Source of the DNA: Selaginella moellendorffii
Taxonomy: Eukaryota; Plantae; Lycopodiophyta
Assembly (NCBI RefSeq): GCF_000143415.4
Contig: NW_003314320.1
Location: forward strand, 1 to 64,000
Direction: 5' to 3'
DNA length: 64,000 nt
Shown: piece after piece, positions 12,125 to 23,910 of the stretch
Numbering within the stretch: position 1 is the stretch's first letter
How the letters are laid out: each line of letters starts with the position of its first letter
Translations under genes and position numbers: made by a program
Notes under the pieces: model-generated
What the model saw: only the letters and a program-made list of their open reading frames with translations
Told to the model about the DNA's origin: nothing
The model's database searches: none

Positions 12125-12497
12125 GCTTGTATTCTATAATAACTATAAGGGCTTTAAAAAGCCAGTACTAAACAATGTTAACTATTTAGGTCTGTTATAA
12201 ATTGAATTAATAATAATTAATTTATGACTAAGCTGAAGAATCTCTTACCCAGAAGTTGGTGAGATTCCAGCCTTAGATATCCTCAGCCCTGAGCTTGATC
12301 TTCCTTGGTCTTCAGTGAATGGGAGAGTGCCAAGTGCCTCTGTTTCATCTCCAACAGTTTCTCCACAGCATCAATGTTCTTACCACTTGCATGAACTTTA
12401 GAGGACAGGTCTTTGGCCTCACGTCTACGTGCTTGTGTCTATAAAAGCAGCTGTGTCAATGTATGAAAATATAAAATGGTTAAAACCGGTATGTTAC

Positions 12498-12960
12498 CTT
12501 TGTTGCATTAGAGCGTACTCCACTCACGAAGCTTCTTTCACCTCGGTTTCTCCTACCAGCGTGAATCAAACAAAAAAATGATGCATACAGTCACAGCCGC
12601 GACTCTACTGGACAATTTGGGCAATTCGTTCGTTCAGCTTCTCCTTTTCCGCACCTACAAAGAAAAGTTAGAATCGTGACAGAGAATGGAAAATAGCAAT
12701 CGGAAACACACCTTGCAAATTAGAATAGCTCGCTTTGAGACGGTTTCTTGTCCCCAACAGTTGTCCTTCCCAAGGACTTCAACCTTTATCCAAAGACAGC
12801 CCGACTTCCCGTGCCTATGATGTACAAATCTTGGAAAATAGAAAACTCTACTTACCTCCAGTGCGTCAAGATACTGAGTCTTCCTCTCTCCAATCCTGGA
12901 GCCTTGATGGCCATAAAGCCACGTTCACAACGAGAGTTGCAAATGCTTCTTGCTCGATCT
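12498..12960 (-). pseudogene. Intron-containing fragment of plastid chaperonin-60 beta (GroEL family)
   Basis: Minus-strand exons translate, with frameshifts, to IEQEAFATLVVN, IKAPG(F)GERKTQYLD, EVGLSLDK, EKEKLNERIA, ETEVKE..LR.E.ALNATK; GT-AG introns retained. Confidence 0.85.
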
Positions 12961-13010
12961 GATCCTGTGTGAATGGGCAAGCAACACCGCAAGATCGATA
13001 TTGCTGAGCT

Positions 13011-13167
13011 TCCCTCCTGATGGCCACCTCACTGTGGATGTCAAGATGAACGACAATGGCTTTCATGTTTGCAGGACATATGGGATACGAGATTGCCCAG
13101 GATGATGATGCTCCAAAGAGCGTCTGGGCCATAAGAACACGCTCAAGAAGGCCAATCTCCTTCAGTG
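13011..13167 (+). pseudogene. DUF4419 3'-end remnant (D0)
   Basis: CACCTCACTGTGGATGTCAAG...TTCATGTTTGCAGGACATATG...GCTCCAAAGAGCGTCTGGGCC matches exon 2 of the downstream gene, with deletions. Confidence 0.85.
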
Positions 13168-13378
13168 TTGCCTTTCCGCTAATATTTAAACTGTTATGCT
13201 TATCTCTACTGATTTAACGGTGTGGATTCGAAGGCTTGTAAAGATCTTTATCTAACGGTGCGGGTTTGGATTTCTCATATTAACGGTCTAGATTTGTGGG
13301 ATTTGGGGTTTCTACGGCCACTTGTACGAAGACAAGCGAGGAAGGAGAAGAGAGAATAGCGAGGGGGGAGAGGAGAGA

Positions 13379-14658
13379 ATGGTGTCATTTAGGGTGTCCA
13401 AGAAGGATCCGGCCGAGGTGAAGCCATCTCCGGCGGGGAGTGCCCATTTCCTGGAGCGATTCATGGAATTCGAGCAGGAAGGCTGCTACGATGTGTTGCA
13501 GGGCACAAGCGTCGATGCGACCGCGTTTCTGCCGGAAAAGAACGGGTTTGTGGCAGCTGCGATCAAAGCTTACAGCTTCCATCACAATCTGGTGATCCGG
13601 CCCGACGATGTGTGGCTCGCCATCGCTGTCCAGTTTGGATTCTTCGTCAATGGCAACGGGGAGGCGCTGCGATCCATCTTTGTGGATCACGAGGGAAAGA
13701 AGGAGCTGGTTGTGTCCCAGCAGGCCGCGCTCCACAGCGGCGACTATGGGCTCCTGGCGAGGGAGATGAGTGTGGCGCTCAAGGAGACTGTCAAGGACGA
13801 GAAGGTTTGCGACTGGATCTTGCCGAGCTTCTCGACCACGACCAAGAACGATGTGGTGGTGGGCAGTGTGGTTCTCATGGCCACCTTCAAGAGCTACTTC
13901 GAATACAGGCAAGCTTTCTTCATGGTTTTTATTTTTCTCGTTTGCTCTTTGCATTTGTGTTTTAAGTTCTTTGTTTCGGTGAGTGTCTTGAGTTTATGGG
14001 TTTTCTACGTGTTTGGTGTGGTGTTCGTGTTTTATTTTTTCCCATTGATTTTCTCGTTGTCTTTAAAGCTGGGAACTTTTTTGGGTGATCTTCTCCCAGG
14101 TTTCGTCTCTGCTGCGGGATTCCATACGTGACTCTCCTGGGAACCACCGAGGATTGGGAGGAAATCGATCGGAGGGTGGACGAGCTGGAGAAATACGGGA
14201 GCGAGTGCCAGAAGTGGCGTGTCATGCTCAAGAAAATCACCGCCCAGTTCGTGGAGAGCAGCAAAGGTAACGCTGACACGGACTTTTGGAACAGGATTTG
14301 CCACCGGATTGGAGGAGGATCGGGCCCGCGATACATCTCCGGCTGGATCTCTGCCTTCTGCGTCTTCGACAGCAATGGACACTGGCGTGGCGATGAAAAG
14401 TCCTACCGAAAGGACTTTTACAACGACGCTGTGGAGCTCGAGTATCCAGTCATCGAGGACAACAGTATCCCTCCCGGCTACCTCACGGTGGATGTCAAGG
14501 TGGACGACAACGGGAAAGCTTACGAGGCTTTCATGTTTGCCGGACATATGAGGTACGAAGTTGTGGAGGACGACAACAAAGGGATTGCTCCAAAGGCTGT
14601 CTGGGCCATGACTCTCAAGGACAAGGCCAAGGCAAGGGTCACCATTCGCCGCTTTTAG
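13379..14658 (+). CDS. DUF4419-domain protein D1, 362 aa; exons 13379-13908 and 14100-14658, GC-AG intron
   Basis: Motifs NGFV..AY..HH.LVIRPDDVWLAI, FVDHEGKKEL, WILPSFSTTT, CGIPYVTL.GT.EDW, DFWNRI..GGGSG..YISGWI. Spliced ORF of 530+559 nt is in frame; intron position equals that of paralog D4. Confidence 0.88.
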
Positions 14659-14739
14659 CCCGAATGCCTCCTTCAAGTGGTTTAAACGCTTAAAACTGTT
14701 ATTAAGAGATGAGTGTTTTGCTTAAATGATGAATTTTGG

Positions 14740-15231
14740 TTTGCTTATACTGTAGTGAATATATCTAAAAATATGCTTGAATATTCTAGGATATTTTACC
14801 ATTTAAAGGTTGTTATTCATTTATAATTTATAAAAATGTTTATAATTTATAAACTTTCTTAAACACTTTCTAATGCATTCTTTTTGGTTTTCTTAAGCAA
14901 ACCTGTAGGGGGATTAAGATGATAGTAAATATACTTAAAATATACTTAAATATTATAGAATATTTTACCATTTAACAGTTGTTATTAATTTATAATTTTA
15001 TATATATAATTTATAAAAATGTTTAGAATTTATAAGCTTTCTTAAACCATTTCTAGTATACTTTTTTACTCTATTATCTAATGGTTAATATGCAATAAGA
15101 TTAATCTTGTATTTATAAATTACAAACATGTTTATTATTATAAACTTTATTTGATCAATTAGACTAATAAGTAATAATAAAACTACTATTAAGCAATCCA
15201 AGCATTTGTAGCAATTTATTTATTCTACCAT
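14740..15231. repeat. AT-rich dispersed repeat with palindromic TTATAATTTATAAA..TTTATAATTTATAA core
   Basis: Units recur at 20243-20400, 23530-23710, 50620-52150 and 59110-59400. Confidence 0.75.
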
Positions 15232-15438
15232 TGTGAGTGTTTGGAATATGGAAAAGGAATACAGAAATGTGCATATCAATTAGCCTAAAAACCCTAGCTT
15301 ATATACAGGAGCGAGTGGTCCGGATTAAAACCAATCCGACGGCTACCAAAATCCCACTACGTTAATATTAGTATACGGCATTGTAGCCGTACACTTGGCC
15401 CTCACATCATCCCCTCCTCTCAGAATAATGGAAGACCA

Positions 15439-18400
15439 TCAGGGTTCTCTTGTAGACAGGCCGGGATCTGGAGGAACATCAGGAGGAGGCATCGGTGGAT
15501 CTGTAGATGGTATTAACCGCTCTTGATCCCTTTATATGAAGTGTTTCAACTGCTGCACGTGCACAATCTCTGGAGGATCGGCTTGCTCGATGTCATACCG
15601 AACCTCATAAACTTGTGGTCCAACTTACTGCAACACTCGATACGGTCCTTTCCACTGTGCAAGGAGCCCCTTAGATAAACCACGTACCGTAAGATGGGGA
15701 AAACGGACTAACACCAAATCATCCATTTTGTACTCTATAGGTGGATGATGATGGGAGTTGTAATGCCGTTGTTATCCCACTTGTACGTAGCCTAAGTGTT
15801 CGGTAGACTCCGCTCGAACAAGTGGAAGAATGCTTGTCAAATATTGATCCCATGACCTAGCATCCGCAACTCGTGGCAATCGTGAAGGTAAACCCAGCTC
15901 CGTTGGTAATATTGGATCATGAATATATAGGAGTTTATATGGTGAAGCACCAACAGAACTCTACACCCCAGTGACATATGCATACCGAAGAGATGGCAAA
16001 TAACCATCCCAATCTGAATGCTGAAAGTTCACATACTTTGCAATCATCCCCTTGAACGTCCAAACGAGCCGTTCCACCAGACCGTCTGATTGTGGATTAT
16101 AAGCACTCATGAAAGTGTGGCAAATCCCCAACCGAGACGTCAAAACATGAAATGCCTCAGCCATAAATGCGGGACCATTATCTGAAAGAATCCGCTCTAG
16201 ACAAAAATGCTGAAACACCACTCGATTAAGGAGGAAGTATCCAACAGCAATTGCAGAGGCACTAGCAAGAGCACCAACTTCCACCCAACGAGTCAAGTAG
16301 TCAGAAGCAATAATAACATACTCATTACCAGCAGTCGACTGTGGAAAAGGTCCCATAAGATCAAATGCCACCAACTCAAACGGACGGGAAACTGCAATTG
16401 ACTCCAACAGTCCTTCTGCAGCCCGAGGGGGAGTATTACGAGCTTGGCACCAAACGCAGCTATGCACATACCAGATAATATCACATTGTATCTCTGGCTA
16501 ATAGAAAGACCTGCGTAGCTTCTCGATTACACGATGATGTCCCATATGCCCACCTAGAATAGGAGAATCATGATAGGCATGGAGAAACCGCGGAATAAAG
16601 ATAGAAGGCACCACCAGCCGTAAATGATTATCAGGATCTGTCCCCACAAAATAAAGAAGGCCATCTTCAAGACGATATTGAGAATGTAAATGCCGGAAAG
16701 GCAAATCATCAGCAAGTGATGCAGGATTCTCAAACCCATCTCGAAGCCTTCGAATCCATGGCTCAATCTTTTGAGCCTCGCGAACCTCATCAAGCGAAGG
16801 TAGATCTTGCTCTGCACCTTGTGGACACTGAACGTCAAGTACAGCAACCGCCGACGGCATAGAATCCTTGTTTAGAAAATCCACAGATGCTGGAACGACA
16901 GGCTCATCAGAAACATGAGAAGAGAGTGAAGAAGGAAGAGGAGCTCGAGAAAGGGCATCAGCATCAGCCATAGAACTCCCTGTGCGGTGAACAACATCAA
17001 AATCATATATCTGAAGCTTCAAAGCCCACTGAGCAGTACGACCAACCAGGTTCTTCCGTTTTAATAATGAAGTAATAACAGCATGGTCACCTTCAAGTAA
17101 CGTCCGAGAGCCATGTAGATATGCATGAAGTTTCTCGAAACCCCAGACTGTTGCTAAACACTCCTTTTCTATCGTGGAGTAGTTCATCTCTGCTAGTTGT
17201 AATGTACAGCTTATATATGCAATGGGATGGTGCTGACCAGATACACTTGAGCTCTCTTGCATTAACACACCTCCAAGACCAATGTCGGAAGTATCTACGC
17301 GCAAAATAAAAGGTCGAGTGTAGTCAGGATATGCCAAAATCGGAGGAGTTGTCAATAACTCTTTAAGATCCCCTAACGCCCGCTCACAATCTGGAGACCA
17401 AATGAAAGTTGACGTTGATGACTTCAGCAACGTTCGCAATGGTGCAGTGCGATCAAAAAGATGATCCACAAAATGCCCGAGATACTGCACCTTGCCCAAG
17501 AAGCACTGTACATCATTCACACACTTCAGAGTAGGGAACTTTAGAACAGCCATAAGTTTGTCAGGATCAACTTGCAAACCCTCACCAGAAATACGGTACT
17601 CAAGATAAGTTGTGTCCTTGGATCCAAACACACACTTCGACCACTTCAGCTTTAAACTAACGTCGCGTAGCCAATCCAACACTTTACAAACATCATGAAC
17701 GTGCTCCTCCCATGTCCCCTCCGAGTGGATCAAGACATCATCAATGAAGTCAGCAGTCACCTCTGGTATATCGCAAAGAACCTCGTCCATCATCCATTGA
17801 AAAGTTGCTAGAGCATTGTTCAAACCAAATGGCATCACCAAGAACTCATACAAACCAAATGGTGTACAAAAAGCAGTCTTAGGAATATCTTCTTCGGCCA
17901 TCAGTACTTGCCAGTACCCAGAAGCAAGATCTAGCTTGGTGAACCAATGACTTCGCCCCAGACGATCCAAGAGATCAGCAGTGTGAGGAAGAGGGTACAC
18001 ATCCGGGATCGTTACATCGTTTAACGGACAATAGTTGATGCAGAAATGAATACTCCCATCAGACTTCGTCACAAGATGAGGTTCACATGCCCAAGGACTC
18101 CACAATTTCTGAATAACACCCTTCTCCAACATCTCCTTGACATTTGCATGTAAAATCTTGATCTCCTTTAGTGACTGATGACGAACAGGAACCTTGATTG
18201 GACGAGCATCCCCAGTTGGAATCGGATGACGTGTGGCAATCTTGGCTCCAGACGATAGGTCAAAGTCAAAGAGATCAGAATACTCCTTCATGAGCCGGTC
18301 AACTGCTGCAACACAAAGATCGTCGAAGGGATCGGAAAAGGGAAGAGTAGAACAAGATGGAAACATAGGAGGAAATAGTGGGGGAACAAAAGTAATGGAA

Positions 18401-18920
18401 GTAGAAGTAGAAGTAGAGGGACGAAGAGGTACGGAAGTGAGAGGAATGGATAAAACATAATGAAGTATGAGAGAAGGGGGAGAAGCCTCAAAGTCACACT
18501 TGGCATGATTGCGCTGCAACCAATCCATACCAAGAATGAGGTCAAAAGCTTGACTTGGCACCACTTGCAACGACTGCAACTCAAGCTCGAGATTGCCCAC
18601 ACGCACAACCAGGTCTGCCTCATCCCGTGCACATGCATGTGTACGGCGGTTGCCATAAAGAATGAAAATTGGTTCTACTGCACGACGCAAGTGTAGACAA
18701 CAACATGTGGCAACAGGTCGAGCAATAGGAGATAAACTCGAACCTATATCAACCAACATGGAGAGAATAATAAGACACCTCTTGTTATAAATATGAGCTT
18801 GGAAAGTAAACACTGGATGAACTGATGCTGAGTGAACCCCTTGATGATACTCCCGAAAGAAAGATGGAGGGGTCACTGACTTATTCGTGCAAGGTCCCTC
18901 CGTTACTCGCACGACTCCTC
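15439..18920 (-). pseudogene. pol: pol of A2 (PR-RT-RNaseH-IN; W-to-stop mutations in integrase)
   Basis: ORF 16498-18912 with LVDIGSS, YPLP, FIDD, DTSDIG, DADALSR; integrase ORF 15961-16467. Confidence 0.95.
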
Positions 18921-18927
18921 GTTTCCT
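18866..18927 (-). promoter_or_regulatory. Putative -1 frameshift signal of A2 (A GGA AAC + pseudoknot)
   Basis: Sense strand: AGGAAAC GAGGAG TCGTGCGAG TAAC GGAGGG AC CTTGCACGA ATAAGTCAGTGAC CCCTCC. Confidence 0.75.
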
Positions 18928-19833
18928 GGATGCATCTTAGTGTCCAAACCTTCCACTGCAGCAGCACCAACGGGACGTTGTTGACGCCAAGGTCTCCACC
19001 CAAGAAATGGAGGTTGCCAATCCGGAAAGCGCCGATAACGCCGATAAGTATGACCAACTTCATCACATGCCCAGCAACGAACATCATGGCCACGACCATG
19101 TCCTTGCCCTTGTCCTTGGACTCGAGTAGCAGCAGCATCAACCTCCATTGGAACAGGACTATCACTCATAAGAAGTGGAGCTAAAGGATGTGCAGCGAGA
19201 AGTGGAAGAGGCGACATCTCATAATGTTGTGCCAAGTGAAGAGCATCGTCAAGGGTGGCAGGAGCAAGTGCATGCACAAGGCCGACAAGATCTTGACGAA
19301 GTGCTAGCCACAACATTCCTAGCTTGATCCACTCCGACATATTGGGCTCCGCACAAAGCAAAAGACTTCGGAAACGAATGCCAAATTGCATCACCGACTC
19401 AAATGGCCCTTGGCGAAGACGATGCAATTGTTGGAAGGCATCATCACAATCATCAGCATGTCCGAAGGCGCGTTTGAAGACGCCCGGAAGAACACTCCAA
19501 TCCATGAATGGCTGCACTCAATCCATTGTACCACTGCAATGCCGTCCCTTGGAGACACGTGGGAAACTCACGTAAACGTCAAGCATCATCCCAAGAATGA
19601 TATGTGGCAATTACCGTGAAGTGATCGAACCAATGGTACACATCATCCCCAGGATTCCCACAAAAGAACTCCGGCCAAACACAAGGATTGGCACCAAGAG
19701 CAGGAGGAGTTGGACCACATGCCGTGAATGCCACCATCAATTGAGTTTCGTTGTTCAATTGCAAGTGCATAGCATCAAGCAATTGGACCAACTGCTGCTC
19801 TAGAGTCAAAAGAGGAGATTACTAATCTACCAT
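18903..19833 (-). pseudogene. gag: gag of A2 (stops and a frameshift)
   Basis: ATG at 19833 followed by CAG-to-TAG type stops; ORFs 19579-19809 and 18903-19517; zinc knuckle CWACDEVGH. Confidence 0.85.
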
Positions 19834-20469
19834 GAAGACGGACGAAGAAAGAGCAAAAGAAGAGAAATGACAAAAAACGAGAAGGAAATGGGAGATCTAG
19901 ACAATGCAAAAAGCTAGATCTAAACCAAAATCCTGAAAGGGAAGAACAAAAGAAAGGAAATGGAAAAAGTTAGATCTAGACAATGCAAAAGCTAGATCTA
20001 AACCAAAATCCCAAATTCAAGCACTCCTCAGGGATAATCAAAGGTGCCCCTCACCTCCACCAATGTGAGTGCTTGGAATATAGAAAGGGAATACAGAAAT
20101 GTGCATATCAATTAGCCCAAAAACCCTAGCTTATATATAGGAGCAAGTGGTCCAGATTGAAACCAATCTGACAGCTACCAAAATCCCACTACGCTAATAT
20201 TAGTATACGGCATCGTAGTTGTACACTTGGCCCTCACACCATCTAATAATCTTGTATTTATAAATTATAAACATGTTTATAATTATAACTTCCAGTTGAT
20301 CAATTGGATTAATAATAGAAATAACACTCAAAGCATGCAAATTATTTTATTTTTAAAAATCAAAATATTATATTATTTACTAAAGCATACATACTGTAAT
20401 TTTTTTTGCAACCTTCTCTACTGAAAATGTCGTCAATGATAACAAAGGTTGCATCCTTGGGCTAGATTG

Positions 20470-21620
20470 AAGGGAGACCCACAAACTGTTTCAATTCGTT
20501 GACAGACGAGACAATGCACTATCCACTTTGTATGTCTTTGTGCATGCCCTTCCAGTGGAAACGTTTGGATTGCTGTTGTTGTTGCCGCAACTCTGGCTGA
20601 GAATACGCTACCCCCGCCACAGCAAAAAGAAAACTTATGATGTTGAAAGTTTTCCTACATTTGGAACACCGCTTTGTCTCCGTCATACTCTTGATGAACT
20701 TGCTATACATAATCACCGTTGCATGCTCCTATAGCAACGCGAACATGGACAATGGTGGCTGTTTGAACTTTCTCAATAATGAGTTGGGAAGAACATTCGA
20801 GTGACCTGGCTTGAACTCTATGGAAAATTCCAGTGCTTGAGGTTGCATTACCAACGTCTCTACTTGTTGAGGTGAGCTTGGTGTGTAGAACAGACCTCAG
20901 TGGAGTGCCATTTGCCCGCTACATGTGCTTCAGAATTTTTTGTTCCACAGAAAGCCGCATGAACGTACGATGTCTGTTAGTGGGGTGGCAATGGGATGCA
21001 TAATTTCCAACAAACTTACATAAGTAGTTGCAATAGCCCAAGAATGAGCACAATGGCTTGATTGAACGACAGTTCTCAATTACTTTGCAAGCATTTCCCA
21101 AGTTGTCAAATAGATCCACTTGTTGAGCTGACGGTAGTTGATAGCCATCTTTCCTGAGGGCAAGCAATACTGGAGCTACAAATGACCGCAAGTTGTTTTC
21201 GATGAGTCCTTGCGCGAGCAACTCCTGACCTCGCTCCTCGAATGCTCTTGTTGGCGTTGGAGAGCCTGGCTCCAGATAATATGATGCCTTCTACCCGTTC
21301 TCTCGCTTGGCTCCATAGACGCAATATGCCGTCAGGAAACATGAGGAAATCTTGGCACTAGTTGCTTCAACTCCTCTGGCATCACAGTCCCTTGAATGTC
21401 CTGCAAGGCTTCCTCCTCCTCGCCCGATCGTGACCGTTTCTCCATACCTCTAGCAACCGCTTTCTCTCTGCATTCTTCTCACTAGATATGTCTGATTGTC
21501 CTTGTTCCTGCCCATCCAAGGTCCCCTCTCCTTTGAAACCCACTTTGTTCTCTGCTTTCTTCTCGTTACATAGATGGATCGCTGCTTTCACTGGATCCAG
21601 TTTCTCTCCTTTCTCCGTCC
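20470..21620 (-). mobile_element. Highly deleted Ty3/gypsy gag-pol remnant (old, predates the duplication)
   Basis: Fragments LAQGLIE..SFVAPVLLALRKDG (RT start), SFLGYCNYLCKFV (thumb), ALSR, RFHWKGMHKDI..CSKC (integrase zinc finger); paralog at 52270-52430 and 56971-57400. Confidence 0.7.
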
Positions 21621-23139
21621 CTGGCCCTTCATTTCAGCCAACTCCTCCCCGGCCGCAGCTTGACTCCTATGCACCACTGCTTTTTTTCCTCCCAACTTCC
21701 TTCTTAGGGCGGCGGTTCGGCCCCTAGGAAAAGCCGACTCGTGGAAGGCTCGTGTCAATCCCTCCAAGAGAACCCGTCAGGAGCTACCTCCCATGGCTCC
21801 CAAGGTGACTCCAACCCCTGAACCAAAATCCACTCCCACATCTCCAAAGCAAAAACTGCACAGATTGGAGAATGGCGCTAGCCTGTGCAGGGACAATGAT
21901 TCTTCCGCTGCTGAAGTGGCTGGCCGCGAAAGACTGAAAATGCCATACTCTCTTTCCCCTCAGCGCCACCTTAGAGTCTTCATCGTGCAAGTAAGTATTT
22001 GTAGGATCGAACGGCCAGCGAATTTACCCTAAACATATGGATTTGTTTACAGAAATTCTAACCCTTGCGAGCTAAAGCGCTAAAACGGTCGTGACTTGCG
22101 ATTCGCGAGCTATCACTTTGCTTATTACTGTTGCTTCGAACATTTGCTTGAACAGTATGATTGATCTAGCATGGACGTCCCCATAGCTCTCATCAATCAT
22201 TGCAATCCAGACGAGATCATGCACGGGAGGAACAGCCCCTGGCACAGTTCTTCCCAGGTTTCGTCCCAGCTCCATTCCTCGCCTTGACAACCACAGGCTT
22301 CCCACAGTAACCACTGACGGCCAGTCTTGCACAGAACAATTTCATCGATTGATGATACCCGTTTACTGGATTTCTAGAAAGAATGTGTTGGCCAAGTGCT
22401 AAGGGGACGTAAAGAGGACTGGACAAGAAAAAGGAAGACAAGAAGCGAAACGCTTTGGCTCGCCACAACCTCTTCAAGCAGTACCGAGCGAGCAAAAATT
22501 GGGCCGGCAAAAGTTTCGGGCCGGAGTTAAAGCGCTGCGGCGATAGGCTGGGATTTCGGGAGGCAGCGACGCTAAGATTGTATGCCTGGCGATGAAGCAC
22601 ATGCAAGAGCCCCAGCAGCGCAATCGTGGCGGTGGAGGAGATCGATCCATCCATCCATGGTGACCCGGCAGATTTCAGCAACTTCCGTGCCTTTTTGGGC
22701 AGATGATCCAGCGGTGGTGCGTCCCGTTGGTGTCGCAGCATGGGGCCAAGCAATCGATGCTAGTGCTTGGGGAATTCGGGAGCTCTCGACGCCGCATTAT
22801 CGCGCGGGAGAGAGAAAGAGAGGCTTCTAACCACAACACAGCGTGAACAGCAGCAAAGCCAGCGTCGGGGAGTGCACTTCTTGCTTTGGAAAACTCCGCC
22901 GTGGAACAGTGGATTAGCGCTTTACAGCTCAAAGGTGAGTAAAATCAAGTAGCTTTTTGTGTTCTGCGATTGGCCATTTGTTTCCAAGCGCACACAACAG
23001 GCCAAGAATCTAGCCTCGATGGTTTCTGTTCATTGGAACAGTAGCCTGTTATGGAAATCCATCACATTTGGCAAGTGCATAGTGACCAAGATGAGACCTT
23101 CACAGTCAAAACCGATCCTCATATATAACAGAGGCTCTT

Positions 23140-23511
23140 GTGGAAATGAAAAACAATGAGGTACTTTCTTCTCTTGTTTTCCTTTTGTTCAGTCACTTCC
23201 GCAGGACCAATTACAATCGAAGACTGTGGAGGAGTTGCATATATCCTTATTACTACCCCGACTCAAGGATTCTGGTTGCGATGTGCGAGGGGGATTATTA
23301 TAGTTATCACAAGTCGAGTGTCCTTGTAGACCTTCCGAACTTGCGATATTGCTCTAGAGACAAGGATGTCACGCAAATTCTTTGCCACGGAACGATAAAG
23401 GGTAGAGGGACATACTATAGCTACAGTGCACCGCTGACTAAGTGCGTCAAGAACATTCGTGGAACACTTCAAATGTGTAAGTGTGTTTATTATACAAATG
23501 GAGATCTTTAA
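23140..23511 (+). CDS. Small Cys-rich protein, possible cyanovirin-N homologue (CVNH)
   Basis: Two half-repeats, SC...ILVAMCEG....SSVLVDL and ILCHG...YSAPLTKCVKNIRGTL, resemble the CVNH SC..L.A.C...S.LDL..C..N..G.L pattern; gene model uncertain. Confidence 0.4.
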   Translation: MEMKNNEVLSSLVFLLFSHFRRTNYNRRLWRSCIYPYYYPDSRILVAMCEGDYYSYHKSSVLVDLPNLRYCSRDKDVTQILCHGTIKGRGTYYSYSAPLTKCVKNIRGTLQMCKCVYYTNGDL

Positions 23512-23910
23512 TCGTATTCATAGCAAAACCCTTTTTGTTATTAAATTTTTGGTTTGCTTAAGCCAATTTGTAGATGGTAGTGATATATTTAAAAATGTGC
23601 TTAAATATTTTAAAATATTCTACCATCTAAAGGTTGTTATTTATTTAAATTCATTTTGTATTTATAATTTATAAAACTTGTTTAAACACTTTCTAGTATA
23701 TTCTTTTTTATTCGAATTTTTTTCCTAAACCTAAACTTTATGAAGGTTTCGGCCCAGGACTAGAAAAGCTGCATCTTCAATCACAGAGAGCTTCCTTCTA
23801 GGTTTAAATGTTTGGTCAAGCATTTATCTTGGCCCAAAGGTTCATCCCTCAAAAGTTTGAGAAGAGCCAATATCTACCATGTCGAAAAGAAACATTCATC
23901 ATTTACATGA

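Larger units (their letters stand above)
15232..20238 (-). mobile_element. Ty3/gypsy LTR retrotransposon, family A copy 2, full length (5007 bp), non-chromoviral
   Basis: LTRs 15232-15406 and 20064-20238; 4-bp TSD CCAT (15228-15231, 20239-20242); PBS and PPT present; 804-aa PR-RT-RH ORF; integrase ends after the GPY motif with no chromodomain. Confidence 0.96.
14599..23898 (+). repeat. Segmental duplication copy 1 (paralog 50103-59602)
   Basis: Colinear blocks: DUF4419 3' end, AT-rich repeat, 20243-20810 = 51990-52485, 21163-23500 = 56971-59100, 23530-23830 = 59110-59533. Confidence 0.9.

Noticed and set aside
13909-14131. Hydrophobic transmembrane-like tail of ORF 13322-14131
   Set aside because: It is read-through into a T-rich intron; splicing restores the DUF4419 frame.
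13385-14676. Long antisense and alternate-frame ORFs over DUF4419, PPR and kelch exons
   Set aside because: Shadow ORFs caused by GC-rich codon bias.
21700-22950. GC-rich ORFs (e.g. 22217-22753; paralog 58073-58744)
   Set aside because: No recognisable motif, and reading frames are not conserved between the duplicates; could be an unrecognised gene remnant.
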